Made by a program: the position numbers and the translations under genes. Shown one piece after another: positions 9,115 to 19,080 of a stretch of 64,000 bases of DNA. This DNA is from Bacteriovoracia bacterium (GTDB taxonomy: Bacteria > Bdellovibrionota > UBA1018 > CAIPTA01), in the NCBI GenBank assembly GCA_050246755.1, contig JBFWVL010000004.1, positions 1-64,000 of the forward strand, in the 5' to 3' direction. Within the stretch, counting starts at the first letter, position 1. Each line of letters begins with the position of its first letter. The notes under the pieces were generated by a model, which was given only the letters and a program-made list of their open reading frames with translations, did not search any database and was not told where the DNA came from.

Positions 9115-10005
9115 TTACTGCTTGCGAATAAGTTTGGCTACCGGGGAGCCCAGCTCCACCAGGGTTTCGAAACCCTCGGCGGTATGCCGCAGCAGATCTT
9201 CTGTGGGTTCCCACCTGCCTTGCTCGCCGTAGAGGATCACGGTGGAGCCTCCGAATAAGAAATAACCCTTTTCTGCGCCCCGGGCGAATTCCTTAGCGGT
9301 ATGGGACTGCACGATCCGGCCAACGCAGAGCGCGCCCACCTCCACGTAGGCGAGGGAGCCGAAGTTCTCCGTCTCTAAAATAGAAATATGCCGTTCGTTA
9401 CGCAAAAAAAGCCCGGGATCGCGGCGAAGGGCGGCCGGATTCACCGAATGCAGCTTGCCGTGCTCCTCATGAAAGTGGCTAATGATTCCTGAATCTGGGA
9501 AGTGAAAGCGGTGGTAATCCACCGGGCAAAGCCGTGCGAGGAGAACGGGGCCGCCACGAAAACGCTCGAGCCTCGGCGTATTCGATAGGATCGCCAGGGG
9601 ATCTAAATTCAGCCCTTTAACGGGCAAGCTGAGAGGGGCGGAGGAATTTTGGTAGGCGAGGTAGCGGGCTTCGGCCGGAGCTCCTAATAAATCCGCCTGC
9701 GCGGGGAAAGGCCTGAGTCCAGGCCGAAACTGGCGGATGAAAAAATCGTTGAAGCTGGCGTATTTCTTCTCCACCCAATCTTCCCGGCGCAAGCCGAAAC
9801 GGGCAAAGAAGGGCTCCACTTTGCCGGCGCTGAAGGCCGTGTTTTGGAAAGCGCCGTAGAGTTTACTGACGAAAGAGCGGCTCAGAAGGTACTCGGTGAG
9901 CGCATAGCCCACCGGATTCCCGTATAGCATCGCCACGCCGGCTCCGCCGTAGACATCCTCATTCTCCATACGCCCGCGGCGGCGGTTCCAGTAGCGTAGG
10001 CTCAT
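9115..10005 (-). CDS. psd: phosphatidylserine decarboxylase
   Basis: SFNDFFIR, RLCPVDYHRFH, FGGST autocleavage motif. Confidence 0.93.
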   Translation of the reverse strand: MSLRYWNRRRGRMENEDVYGGAGVAMLYGNPVGYALTEYLLSRSFVSKLYGAFQNTAFSAGKVEPFFARFGLRREDWVEKKYASFNDFFIRQFRPGLRPFPAQADLLGAPAEARYLAYQNSSAPLSLPVKGLNLDPLAILSNTPRLERFRGGPVLLARLCPVDYHRFHFPDSGIISHFHEEHGKLHSVNPAALRRDPGLFLRNERHISILETENFGSLAYVEVGALCVGRIVQSHTAKEFARGAEKGYFLFGGSTVILYGEQGRWEPTEDLLRHTAEGFETLVELGSPVAKLIRKQ

Positions 10006-10814
10006 TCGCTATTGGCCCCGTCGGAGCAATGGATACAGTCCTGGTTCACCTTAGGGATGGGGCCTTGGCATTTTGGGCAGAGGCGGGCTCCGGTAGGGGT
10101 AAGCTTGGGATCGAGCGCCACGCGCTGGTCGAACACGAAGCATTCGCCTTCCCAGTGCCGAGCGCCTACAGCTTCAAAATAACCCAAGATGCCTCCATCC
10201 AGCTGGTATACCTCTTCGAAGCCTAAGGAAGCGAGGTAAGGCGCCGCTTTTTCGCAGCGAATGCCACCGGTGCAATACGTAACGATCGGCTTTTTTTTCC
10301 AGTCGTCCTGGAGAGTGCCCGCCGCTTCGGCAAATTCCACGAACTGCTTCAAGTGAAGAGAGCGGGCCTCGGAAAAACGCCCCAGGCGGAATTCGAATTC
10401 GTTCCTGGTATCGAGCACCACGAATTCTTTGCCCTGATCGTACCAGGCGGCGAGATCTAGTGGCTGAATTCGGCCGCTGGTAGCGGGGGGAGGAGAAACT
10501 TCCGGTACGCGGAAGGTAACGATTTCGGGTTTCAGTTTAAACGCCAGGAACTCGAAGGGGATGGAATCCGAAAAGCTTTCCTTCCAGCGCAATTCTTGGA
10601 ACGCAGGCTGGGCCTGCAGAAGGGATAGGGCGGCGCGAACTTCTTCTTCCGGCCCGGCCCAAACGCCATTAATGCCTTCGGGGGCCAGGATTAAAGTCCC
10701 CTTTAGGGAGGTAGGGTCCAGTTGCTCTTTTAGGTGCCGGCGTAACCGGTCGGGCTGCTCTAGGGGGGCAAAATGGTAGAAGGCTACGTTAAGGACGCGC
10801 ATTTTCCTTCTCAT
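10002..10814 (-). CDS. trhO: rhodanese-domain tRNA uridine(34) hydroxylase
   Basis: LAPEGING, DTRN, YCTGGIRCEK, CFVFDQR. Confidence 0.9.
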   Translation of the reverse strand: MRRKMRVLNVAFYHFAPLEQPDRLRRHLKEQLDPTSLKGTLILAPEGINGVWAGPEEEVRAALSLLQAQPAFQELRWKESFSDSIPFEFLAFKLKPEIVTFRVPEVSPPPATSGRIQPLDLAAWYDQGKEFVVLDTRNEFEFRLGRFSEARSLHLKQFVEFAEAAGTLQDDWKKKPIVTYCTGGIRCEKAAPYLASLGFEEVYQLDGGILGYFEAVGARHWEGECFVFDQRVALDPKLTPTGARLCPKCQGPIPKVNQDCIHCSDGANSE

Positions 10815-10838
10815 ACCGCGAAACGGCTGGAAGTAGAA

Positions 10839-10864
10839 TACCCGGCACTTTTGGATGCCGGGTA
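10839..10864 (-). terminator. hairpin downstream of XRE gene (possible terminator)
   Basis: tacccggca-N8-tgccgggta perfect 9-bp stem; weak U tract. Confidence 0.5.
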
Positions 10865-10899
10865 CTATTATATTGGACTAGAGGATGGTGGAAGCGCGA

Positions 10900-11172
10900 T
10901 TAGCGCTTTTTGCCTTTGAGGCTAAGGGCTTTACGCAGGTGGCGTTCGTGTTCTTTCATCATGAGCTTGAGAACTTCTTCGCCGCTGAGATCATAGAGCT
11001 GCACAAGCATTTTGAGTTTATTGAGGGGCGGCGCACAAAGGCCACGCTCAAAGTTCGAAATGAACTGGGGGGAAGAGTACCCAAGCTTCGTGGCAACGTC
11101 GCCTTGGCTCAATCCGGCTTTTACTCTTTTGCTTTGTAGAAATTCTCCGAGTACCTGGAACAGTTCTTTCAT
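10900..11172 (-). CDS. XRE-family helix-turn-helix regulator
   Basis: GLSQGDVATKLGYSSPQFISNFERG. Confidence 0.92.
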   Translation of the reverse strand: MKELFQVLGEFLQSKRVKAGLSQGDVATKLGYSSPQFISNFERGLCAPPLNKLKMLVQLYDLSGEEVLKLMMKEHERHLRKALSLKGKKR

Positions 11173-11396
11173 AACGGGTGTAGCTCCTAAACTTCAACGA
11201 TAACTGGGGGCTGAAACGGTCCTTACTTTATAGTCAGACCTCGCCAGGAATCAATAAATATTTTCAAGAAAGCGCGGCTAAATAAAAATGCTACGCCGCA
11301 ATTGAGGAGATTTTGCGGTATTTGGCGCATGAATGGCTGCGTCGTCGACAATAGGCCGCGGTAAAATAAAAAACTGCTAGGAAAAAAAATTCTTGC

Positions 11397-12167
11397 TTAA
11401 AGCGCAAGGTCTAAGCTGATGGGACAGTGATCGGATCCCAGCAGCTGCGGATGAATTTCCGCTTGACGAACTTTGCCGGCGAGCGATTCCGACACGCAGA
11501 TATAGTCGATGCGCCAGCCTTTATTGCGCTGGCGCGAGGCCTGGCGAAAAGACCACCAGGTATACTGATCTTTTTTTCCAGGATTCAAAGCACGGAACGT
11601 ATCCACGAACCCCGCCTCTAGAAATTCCGTCATCCACGCGCGCTCTTCCGGCAAAAATCCGGAGCTCTCGGCATTGCTCTTTGGATCGTGGATATCGATT
11701 TCGGTATGCGCAATATTATAGTCGCCCACTACCACTAAGGGGCCGCGCGCCTTCTCCAGATTCTTCAGCCAAGGGATGAGGTCTTTGAGGAATCCCATTT
11801 TAAAATGGTGGCGCTCTTCGCTGGCTCCGCCGTTGGGGAAATAAATATTCACCAGTGTGAATTTTTCGGCGTAGGCGATCGTAACCCGTCCTTCGCGGTC
11901 GTATTTGGGGATGCCCATTTTATTACTGAGCTCCACGGTTTTATGGGGAGTAAAAATAACCGTGCCGCTATAGCCTTTTTTTTCGGCGCTAGCCCAGGTG
12001 CCAGCTAGGCTATGCAATCCGGGGTGGGGCAGCAGCGGAACTTGGTCTTCACAGGCCTTGGATTCCTGGAGGCAGAAGAAATCGGCGCCAAAATCTTGCA
12101 CGATTTTTTCCATGCCCTTGCCAAGGCAGGCGCGGATCCCATTCACGTTCCAAGAAACAATTCGCAT
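11397..12167 (-). CDS. xth: exodeoxyribonuclease III
   Basis: SWNVNGIR, GDYNIAH, GWRIDY, SDHCP. Confidence 0.96.
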   Translation of the reverse strand: MRIVSWNVNGIRACLGKGMEKIVQDFGADFFCLQESKACEDQVPLLPHPGLHSLAGTWASAEKKGYSGTVIFTPHKTVELSNKMGIPKYDREGRVTIAYAEKFTLVNIYFPNGGASEERHHFKMGFLKDLIPWLKNLEKARGPLVVVGDYNIAHTEIDIHDPKSNAESSGFLPEERAWMTEFLEAGFVDTFRALNPGKKDQYTWWSFRQASRQRNKGWRIDYICVSESLAGKVRQAEIHPQLLGSDHCPISLDLAL

Positions 12168-12173
12168 GGCCTT

Positions 12174-12977
12174 TTATAATACGGACCGGCGGAGTTTGGC
12201 GGAAAAGAAATCGACGATCATAACTAAAATCAGGATCACCAGAACCACGGTGGCCACCTGCTGGTACTGAAAAAGCCTCATATACTGCGTCAAACGGAAG
12301 CCGATGCCGCCGGCACCCACGATTCCCAAAACTACGGCCACCCGCACGTTTAGTTCGAAGCGGAAAAGAAAAAAGCTGATAAAGTGGGGCGCCACTTGGG
12401 GGAGCACAGCCCAGCGAATCACCGCTAGGCGGCCGGCGCCAGCGCTTTCCAGCGCTTCGATCGGGCCCGGGTCTACCGCTTCGATGGCGTCGGCAAAGAG
12501 CTTCCCTAGCATTCCCACCGAGTGGATGGCGAGGGCTAGGGTGCCTGGAAAGGGGCCTAGGCCCACGGCGCTCACGAAAAAGATGGCCAAAATCAGGGAG
12601 TCGACGGCCCGGTCGGCATTGAGGAGAAAAATCACTGTGCCTCGCAGAGGACGGTTCGGGAAAAGATTGGCGGCGGCAAGGAAGCCTACCGGCAGAGACA
12701 CCAGAGCGGCGATCACGGTGGAAACCCAGGCTAGCTGGATGGTCACCAGCATGTCTTTAAGCACCTTATCCAGAATCGAAAGGTCGGGCGGCCACATCCG
12801 GCCGAGGAAGTCGGCCATATAGGGCAAGCCTTCCACCAAGCGGGACCAGCTGAACTCCACTGCTTGGGCAGACCAGTAGCTCAGCACACAGAGCAAGAGC
12901 AGCGCCGCGTAGGCGAGCGCCGTTCTAAGCGTGAAATTGGGCGGCGGCGGTAATGCGGTGGGCTTGAGCCTAGCCAT
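12174..12977 (-). CDS. phnE: phosphonate-type ABC transporter permease
   Basis: GPFPGTLALAIHSVG, GPIEALESAGA, GIVGAGGIG; start taken at MARLKP. Confidence 0.92.
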   Translation of the reverse strand: MARLKPTALPPPPNFTLRTALAYAALLLLCVLSYWSAQAVEFSWSRLVEGLPYMADFLGRMWPPDLSILDKVLKDMLVTIQLAWVSTVIAALVSLPVGFLAAANLFPNRPLRGTVIFLLNADRAVDSLILAIFFVSAVGLGPFPGTLALAIHSVGMLGKLFADAIEAVDPGPIEALESAGAGRLAVIRWAVLPQVAPHFISFFLFRFELNVRVAVVLGIVGAGGIGFRLTQYMRLFQYQQVATVVLVILILVMIVDFFSAKLRRSVL

Positions 12978-12978
12978 G

Positions 12979-13743
12979 CTAAAAATGATCCCCGCTACGC
13001 GGATCCACTTGGTAGATTTCTTCGATTTTGGCTTCGCTGAGCTCGGCGGGGGTGCCATCGAACACGACGCAGCCATGCCGGAACCCGATGATCCGGTGTG
13101 CATATTTACGCGCCAGTTCGAGCATATGGATGTTCACGATCACCGTGATTCCGCGCTCCCGGTTGATACGTTCCAACATCTGCAGTACCAGTTCGGATAG
13201 TTTGGGATCGAGGGAGGCCATCGGCTCGTCGGCCAGGATAAGCTGCGGTTCTTGCACCAAGGCCCGCGCGATCGCCACGCGCTGCTGCTGGCCACCGGAA
13301 AGGTTCCGGGCTTTTTCGTGGTAGCGGCCGGCCAAGCCCACCGAATCAATGGCTTGTTTGGCGAGGGCGCGGTCTTCCCTGGAGAATAAGCCCGTCAGTG
13401 TGCGCCATAGCGGGGAATAACCCGAGCGGCCGGCGAGCACGTTCTGTAGTACGGTAAGATTTTTTACGAGATTGAATTGCTGAAAGATGAAGCCGATACG
13501 GCGGCGGAGGCGCATTAAATCCGTACCGCCCAGATGAGTGACCTTTTGGCCGAAAACCTCCAGGCCACCTTCGAATTCCCGCACGGTGCCATTCAGCGCA
13601 CGCAGAAAAGTGCTTTTTCCTGCGCCGGAAAGCCCGATCACCGCCACGAACTCTCCCGGGCGAATGGATAGATTTACCTCTCTTAGGGCGTAAGATTTGC
13701 CGCCGTCGAAAGATTTGCTGAGCTGATGGGCGAGAATCGTCAC
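12979..13743 (-). CDS. phnC: phosphonate-type ABC transporter ATPase
   Basis: GLSGAGKS, LSGGQQQR, ADEPMASLDP. Confidence 0.93.
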   Translation of the reverse strand: MTILAHQLSKSFDGGKSYALREVNLSIRPGEFVAVIGLSGAGKSTFLRALNGTVREFEGGLEVFGQKVTHLGGTDLMRLRRRIGFIFQQFNLVKNLTVLQNVLAGRSGYSPLWRTLTGLFSREDRALAKQAIDSVGLAGRYHEKARNLSGGQQQRVAIARALVQEPQLILADEPMASLDPKLSELVLQMLERINRERGITVIVNIHMLELARKYAHRIIGFRHGCVVFDGTPAELSEAKIEEIYQVDPRSGDHF

Positions 13744-13746
13744 GAA

Positions 13747-14637
13747 TTACTCAATGTGAATCGCCTTGGCGGCGTCGCGCACCGGCTGAAATTCTTTGGA
13801 GGTAGCGGGGGTGAGGGACTCGATGCGGTAGAGCGCCATGAGTACCTCGCGTCCTTCTTTGGTGTCGCCCATTTTGCCGAGCAGCTGCACGAATTTATCC
13901 AGGATTTCCCTATTTTCCTTCGCAAATTTCTTCGTGGTGGAAATGGTTTCGCCGGGAATAGGGTCCGACACGAAAATCATGCGAATTTTTTTACGCTCGG
14001 CTTCGGTCTTAAGAAAAAGATGCCAGGCTCCGTCTTCGCCCTTGGTATCGTTTACGAACGTGGCGCCCGCGTCCACCGTTCCGTTGAGCACCGAGAGGAC
14101 CACCGCATCGTGGGCGCCCGCAAAAACTTGGCGGCCAAAAAATGAGTCCGCGTCCAGTTTCTTTTTCACCTTGAGCATGGCTTTGGGATAGATGAATCCC
14201 GACGCGGAGGCGGGATCCACCCAGGCGATGTTCTTGCCCTTGAGGTCTTCGATTTTATAGTAGGGCTTATCCGCGCGCACGATGATGGCGCTGTAGAACA
14301 CGGATTTTCCTTTTCGCACGGCTTTCATCAGCACCTGGGCATCGGCGATCTGTTCGGCCTTTACCAAGCTAAAGGGAGGGAGGAAGGCGAAATCGATTTT
14401 CCCCGAGCGCAGGGCTTCGACCAGCGCGATATAGTCGGTGGCCACGAAGGTTTTTACCTTCAGCCCCATTTGCTTTCGGAAATACTCCGAGAAAGCTTTC
14501 CCGTTCATTTCCACGAGCTCCGCATTTTCGGCGGGATTGAAACCAATCGAGATCTCCGCTTTCACCGCGGAAACCGGCAGAGCAAAAACGGGCAGCAGAA
14601 GGAGAGCGGAGATCAGGCCGACGAGTCTTCTGTTCAC
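13747..14637 (-). CDS. phnD: phosphate/phosphonate-type ABC substrate-binding protein
   Basis: signal peptide, DYIALVEAL, DPASASG, HDAV; GTG start after AGGAG. Confidence 0.9.
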   Translation of the reverse strand: MNRRLVGLISALLLLPVFALPVSAVKAEISIGFNPAENAELVEMNGKAFSEYFRKQMGLKVKTFVATDYIALVEALRSGKIDFAFLPPFSLVKAEQIADAQVLMKAVRKGKSVFYSAIIVRADKPYYKIEDLKGKNIAWVDPASASGFIYPKAMLKVKKKLDADSFFGRQVFAGAHDAVVLSVLNGTVDAGATFVNDTKGEDGAWHLFLKTEAERKKIRMIFVSDPIPGETISTTKKFAKENREILDKFVQLLGKMGDTKEGREVLMALYRIESLTPATSKEFQPVRDAAKAIHIE

Positions 14638-14653
14638 GTTTCTCTCCTGAAAA

Positions 14654-15976
14654 TTAATGGGCGGCTTTACTGCTGGGCCGTGCATTCCAGAGCAGCAGCA
14701 TAATGATCGCGCCGGCCACCGAGAATAGAATCATGCTGGGGGCCCACGCCGTCCAGCCGTAGGCATCGAGAAGCCAGCCCATGCCGAGGCCCACGAAGGA
14801 GCCACCCACGTACTGCATGCCATCGAATAGGCCGCAAGCGGTGGCGGCGGCTTTCTTGCCACCGAAATCCATCGAGGCGGTGCCGGAAAGCATGGAGTGC
14901 ACCACGCTGATCGAAAAGGAATTTACCACGAAGGCGGCGATCACCCAATTGATGCTCGGAGCCATCCAGATCATCACGAAGCAGCCGATTTGCAGGAAGT
15001 ACCCCACGAAGGCCGCGGGGGTGCGGCGGCCCTTGAACACCTTATCGGAGAGGAAGCCGGCGCAAAAAGCTCCGGCGATTCCAGCCAATACCACGCTGAA
15101 GGCGCCTTTCTGGAAGATTCCCGACTCGAGCGGTAGGTGCTGGTATTCCTGCATGTAACGCGGGAACCATTGCTCGAAACCGTGGCGCACGAAGCCCGTG
15201 CAAAATTCGGCGCCGGCAATCATGAGCATCACGGGATTCGTGAAAACTTTTTTCAGCACGTACTTCAGCGTCACCGTCTCGGTATCGCCGCTCGATGCGT
15301 CCTGCACGTCGAGCTCCGGCATGCCCACTTCTTCCGGGCCGTTATATACGAACTTATAGGTGAGGAACGTCATCACGGCCACCACGGCCGAGGGAATGAA
15401 GAAAACCCACTGCCATTCGTAACGAGCCACGATGAATCCGCCGATCACGAAAATCAGGGCGCGGCCCATTTGGATCATGGATCCAAAAATCGCCGAGAAA
15501 ACTCCGCGCTCCGAAATATGGAACCAACCGGAATTTACTTTGATGAGGGCAAGAGCCGAGTAGGATTGGAAGTAAGAATTAATGCCCCAAATGCCGGCGA
15601 AGTAAGCCAGGAGCAGCGGGCCTTTTCCCAGGAACTCGAGGTAGGCCCCGAGGCCGAACAAAAAGTTAAAGATCACGGTGCCGAAGGCGCCGATGAGCAT
15701 GGCTTTTCGCCCGCCGATGCGATCCGCGATCGGGCCGTTCAGGATAGCCGAAAAACCGTAGATGGAGAGCGCCGTGGTGATGATGGCGCCAATTTGGGTT
15801 TTGTCCCAGCCGAAGGTATTCGAGAGCGCGAGGTTGGCAAAAGAGAGGTTATAGCGGCCCATGTACATGGCAGAGTAGGTAAGGCCGAGCACGAGCCAAT
15901 TCAGCGCGCGGCGCTGGCGGAATTGTTTCGTATAGGTTTGTTTATTGGCGAAGCCGTGTTGAACCTGAGCCGACAT
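14654..15976 (-). CDS. OPA-family MFS organophosphate transporter (GlpT/UhpT-like)
   Basis: YMGRYNL, WFHISERG, MDFGGKKAAATACGLFDG. Confidence 0.88.
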   Translation of the reverse strand: MSAQVQHGFANKQTYTKQFRQRRALNWLVLGLTYSAMYMGRYNLSFANLALSNTFGWDKTQIGAIITTALSIYGFSAILNGPIADRIGGRKAMLIGAFGTVIFNFLFGLGAYLEFLGKGPLLLAYFAGIWGINSYFQSYSALALIKVNSGWFHISERGVFSAIFGSMIQMGRALIFVIGGFIVARYEWQWVFFIPSAVVAVMTFLTYKFVYNGPEEVGMPELDVQDASSGDTETVTLKYVLKKVFTNPVMLMIAGAEFCTGFVRHGFEQWFPRYMQEYQHLPLESGIFQKGAFSVVLAGIAGAFCAGFLSDKVFKGRRTPAAFVGYFLQIGCFVMIWMAPSINWVIAAFVVNSFSISVVHSMLSGTASMDFGGKKAAATACGLFDGMQYVGGSFVGLGMGWLLDAYGWTAWAPSMILFSVAGAIIMLLLWNARPSSKAAH

Positions 15977-16014
15977 GAGAATCCCCCTCAGAAACGTTTC
16001 GTAAAACCTCGCCG

Positions 16015-16043
16015 AATCTATCGACCACGGATGGGGGAGTCAA
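16015..16043 (-). promoter_or_regulatory. sigma70 promoter of the MFS-phnDCE-xth unit
   Basis: TTGACT-N17-TAGATT on minus strand. Confidence 0.65.
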
Positions 16044-16178
16044 ATAAAATGGGGAAAGTTTCCCGGGGGGCGGAGCTCCTGGCAGAGTCTTACAGGAAAA
16101 TACTTCCTTCTGGAGCCCGGAGAGGGGGAATATTCTTTAAATTTCTGTCAGAGCTTCAATAGGCCTTGCCCGGGAGCC

Positions 16179-17804
16179 CTATTCGGTGGGCGGCTTCGCG
16201 ATACTGCTCTCCAAAAAAGCTAAATCTAGATTATTGGATTTTGCCCAGTCCAAATGGAAATCGCTGGTAAATAATCCCACCAAGTTGCCCCGGCGGTCCT
16301 CGAGAAAAGAGAGTGTGCCCTTTACCTTTTCGGCGGGAACCTTTTCCTTGCTGCCGTTCGCGTAGCGAATCCAGCGCGCCGCCTTGAAGGGCTGCGAGCG
16401 AAGTTTTACCTCCACTCCGTACTCGTCCTTCATCCGGTACAGCATTACTTCGAACTGTAGCTGGCCCACGGCGCCCAAGACCGGATCCTGATCCCCCACC
16501 CGAGGATCGATGAACATCTGCACGGTACCCTCTTCGCATAGCTGGAGGATGCCTTTATTGAATTGCTTGCGCTTTAGCGGATCAGCCAGATCAAGCTTGG
16601 CGAAGAATTCGGGAGAGAACTGGGGAATCCCGTCGAATTCGATTTTCTTGGCTCCGGTATAGAGGGTGTCTCCAATCAAGCAGGAGCCGCTCGTGTCGTT
16701 CAGCCCCACGATATCGCCGGCGTAGGCCGTTTCCACGAGGGAGCGGTCGCGTGCGAGGAACTGGGCCGAATGGGAAAGGCGAATTTCTTTTTCCAGCCGT
16801 GCGTGCTTGGCGTACATGCCCCGCTCGAATTTTCCGGAACTAACGCGCAAGAAGCAGATGCGGTCGCGATGATTTTTGTCGATATTCGCTTGAATCTTGA
16901 AAATGAAACCAGAAAAATCTGGGCTGGTGGGCTCCACGATGCCCGTTTCGCTAATCTGCGCGGCAGGAGGAGGGGCGATCTCGCAGAACAGATCCAGAAA
17001 AGCTTTTACGCCGAAATTAGTGCGTCCCGACCCGAACATCACGGGCGTAACTTTCCCGTGCAGAAAAGCCTGCACGTCGAGCGGGCCGATCGTGCCGTCC
17101 ACGAGCTCGATGTCCTCGATGAGCTGGGCGTGTTCGGCTTCGCCGAGTACTTCGGCTAGCTTTGGATCCTTGATGGAGTCGAACGCAATTTCCTGCGCCT
17201 CGCCCGTGGCGAAACCCGATTCCTTGAAAAGAATGATTTTTTTCAGCACCCGGTGGTAGATGCCCTTGAAGTTCTTGCCCATGCCGATCGGCCAGGAAAT
17301 AGGATTGCACTGGATATTAAGAACTTTCTCGATCTCGTCCATCAGCTCGAAGGGAGAGCGGCCCTCGCGGTCTAGCTTGTTGATGAAAGTGAAGATGGGC
17401 GTCATGCGCAGGCGGCAGACTTCGTAAAGTTTTTTGGTCTGGCCCTCCACGCCCTTGGCGTTATCGAGGATCATCATTGCGGAATCCACGGCCGCGAGCG
17501 TGCGGTAGGTATCCTCCGAGAAGTCGGCGTGGCCGGGGGTATCGAGGAGGTTAATCCTCAGCTCGTTGAAATCGAATTGCATCACCGAGGTGGAAACCGA
17601 GATCCCGCGCTCCTGCTCGAGTTTCATCCAGTCCGACCGAGCCGAACGGCGCTCCTTCTTGGCTTTCACTTCGCCGGCTTCGTGGATGGCGCCGCCGTAA
17701 AGCAAGAGTTTCTCGGTCATCGTGGTTTTTCCCGCATCGGGGTGGGAAATAATCGCGAAGGTGCGGCGGCGCTGGATCTCTTTGATATCGTGGCTGCTGA
17801 GCAT
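16179..17804 (-). CDS. prfC: peptide chain release factor 3
   Basis: RRTFAIISHPDAGKTT, DTPGHADFSEDTYR, GAVGQLQFEV. Confidence 0.98.
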   Translation of the reverse strand: MLSSHDIKEIQRRRTFAIISHPDAGKTTMTEKLLLYGGAIHEAGEVKAKKERRSARSDWMKLEQERGISVSTSVMQFDFNELRINLLDTPGHADFSEDTYRTLAAVDSAMMILDNAKGVEGQTKKLYEVCRLRMTPIFTFINKLDREGRSPFELMDEIEKVLNIQCNPISWPIGMGKNFKGIYHRVLKKIILFKESGFATGEAQEIAFDSIKDPKLAEVLGEAEHAQLIEDIELVDGTIGPLDVQAFLHGKVTPVMFGSGRTNFGVKAFLDLFCEIAPPPAAQISETGIVEPTSPDFSGFIFKIQANIDKNHRDRICFLRVSSGKFERGMYAKHARLEKEIRLSHSAQFLARDRSLVETAYAGDIVGLNDTSGSCLIGDTLYTGAKKIEFDGIPQFSPEFFAKLDLADPLKRKQFNKGILQLCEEGTVQMFIDPRVGDQDPVLGAVGQLQFEVMLYRMKDEYGVEVKLRSQPFKAARWIRYANGSKEKVPAEKVKGTLSFLEDRRGNLVGLFTSDFHLDWAKSNNLDLAFLESSIAKPPTE

Positions 17805-17806
17805 TG

Positions 17807-18571
17807 CTATTTCCTCGCCACTTCACGCGGTGCCGCCTGCGCGGTGGGATAAATGACTAATTCTTGGATATTCACGTGAGCGGGGCGATCTAGGCTCCAG
17901 AGAACCGCTTCGGCCACGTCGTCGGCCGAAAGGGCTTCCACGCCGGAATAAACCGCCTTCGCTTTCGCTTCATCGCCCTTGAAGCGCACCACCGAGAACT
18001 CGGTCTCGGCCATTCCGGGAGCGATCGTGGTCACGCGGATATTCTTTCCTATCAGATCGGCGCGTAGCGATTCGGTGAGGGCATGCACGGCGAATTTGGT
18101 GGCGGAGTATACGTTTCCTTTGGCGTAGGTATAGCGCCCGGCGATCGAGCCCATGTTTACGATATGGCCTTCGCCCCGCTGGATCATTGCGGGCAAAATT
18201 CCGCGAGTGATATAAACCAGGCCCTTCACGTTCGTATCGATCATGCGGTCGAAGTCGTCGAGATTGCCATCCTGGAAGTTTTCGAGGCCCGCCGCGAGGC
18301 CGGCATTATTCACGAGCACTGAGATGTTTTTTAGCTCGGCCTCGTTCTGCCTCAGGAATTTTTCTACGGCTTCACGCGAGCTGATATCGAAGGCGAACCC
18401 GCGCGCGCGTTCTGGCCCAATTTCTTTCACAAGAGCGTCGAGGCGCTCCCGGCGGCGCCCGGTAATCCAAATCCGGCATTCTGGCCAGGCACGGGCCATC
18501 AGGCGGGCAGTGGCCTCGCCGAATCCCGAAGTAGCTCCCGTAATGAGGACGATGCCGTTCTTAAGTGCCAT
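17807..18571 (-). CDS. SDR oxidoreductase (YdfG-like)
   Basis: TGATSGFG, NNAG, YSATK, PAHVNI. Confidence 0.93.
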   Translation of the reverse strand: MALKNGIVLITGATSGFGEATARLMARAWPECRIWITGRRRERLDALVKEIGPERARGFAFDISSREAVEKFLRQNEAELKNISVLVNNAGLAAGLENFQDGNLDDFDRMIDTNVKGLVYITRGILPAMIQRGEGHIVNMGSIAGRYTYAKGNVYSATKFAVHALTESLRADLIGKNIRVTTIAPGMAETEFSVVRFKGDEAKAKAVYSGVEALSADDVAEAVLWSLDRPAHVNIQELVIYPTAQAAPREVARK

Positions 18572-19070
18572 GGGGTCCTAGTTTATACTTCTTCCAGCTG
18601 GGAAGATTTTCTGCGAGAAATTTATCCTTAAAATGGAATTTTTCTAACAAACTTTCGTCCCACATACCCAAAAAAGCGGCCGCGATGAACAGGGCTTCGA
18701 TGGTGGCTAAGCCGCCTTCGGGATCTAGGCCTTGCTTATTCTTGCGCGGGTAGGCGGTAGTGAATCCTTCGGGAATGCGCACAAGCGTAGGCAAATTTCC
18801 TTCCACGCGCTGCAGGGCCGCCCCCACTTTTTTCCAGGTGCAGTCTACCAGCGCGATCGAGCGGAAACTTTTTTCCTTCAGGGTGCTTAAATCGAGCCCG
18901 TCGATATGAAGGAGGCAGTCCGATTCGAATTTTGGAATGGGATTATTGCCCTTAAAATAGCGAATCTTAAAATCCTCGCGGCCGCCCACGGGATGAATCG
19001 TGCATTTGCGCGGATTCTCGAGCTTATCCATGAGGATTTCGAAGCGAAGCATAGGTAGGGCTTTTACCAT
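18561..19070 (-). CDS. Tsr3/DUF367-like (TDD superfamily) putative aminocarboxypropyltransferase; alternative start 19052
   Basis: ENPRKCT, LVDCTW, TAYPR, GLATIEAL, FHFKDKFLAEN. Confidence 0.7.
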   Translation of the reverse strand: MVKALPMLRFEILMDKLENPRKCTIHPVGGREDFKIRYFKGNNPIPKFESDCLLHIDGLDLSTLKEKSFRSIALVDCTWKKVGAALQRVEGNLPTLVRIPEGFTTAYPRKNKQGLDPEGGLATIEALFIAAAFLGMWDESLLEKFHFKDKFLAENLPSWKKYKLGPHGT

Positions 19071-19080
19071 AAACCGGTGC

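Noticed and set aside
16121-16140. GAGGGGAATATTC motif shared with 44303-44320 and 42991-43008
   Set aside because: Short, one copy is inside a CDS, no consistent position; chance similarity cannot be excluded
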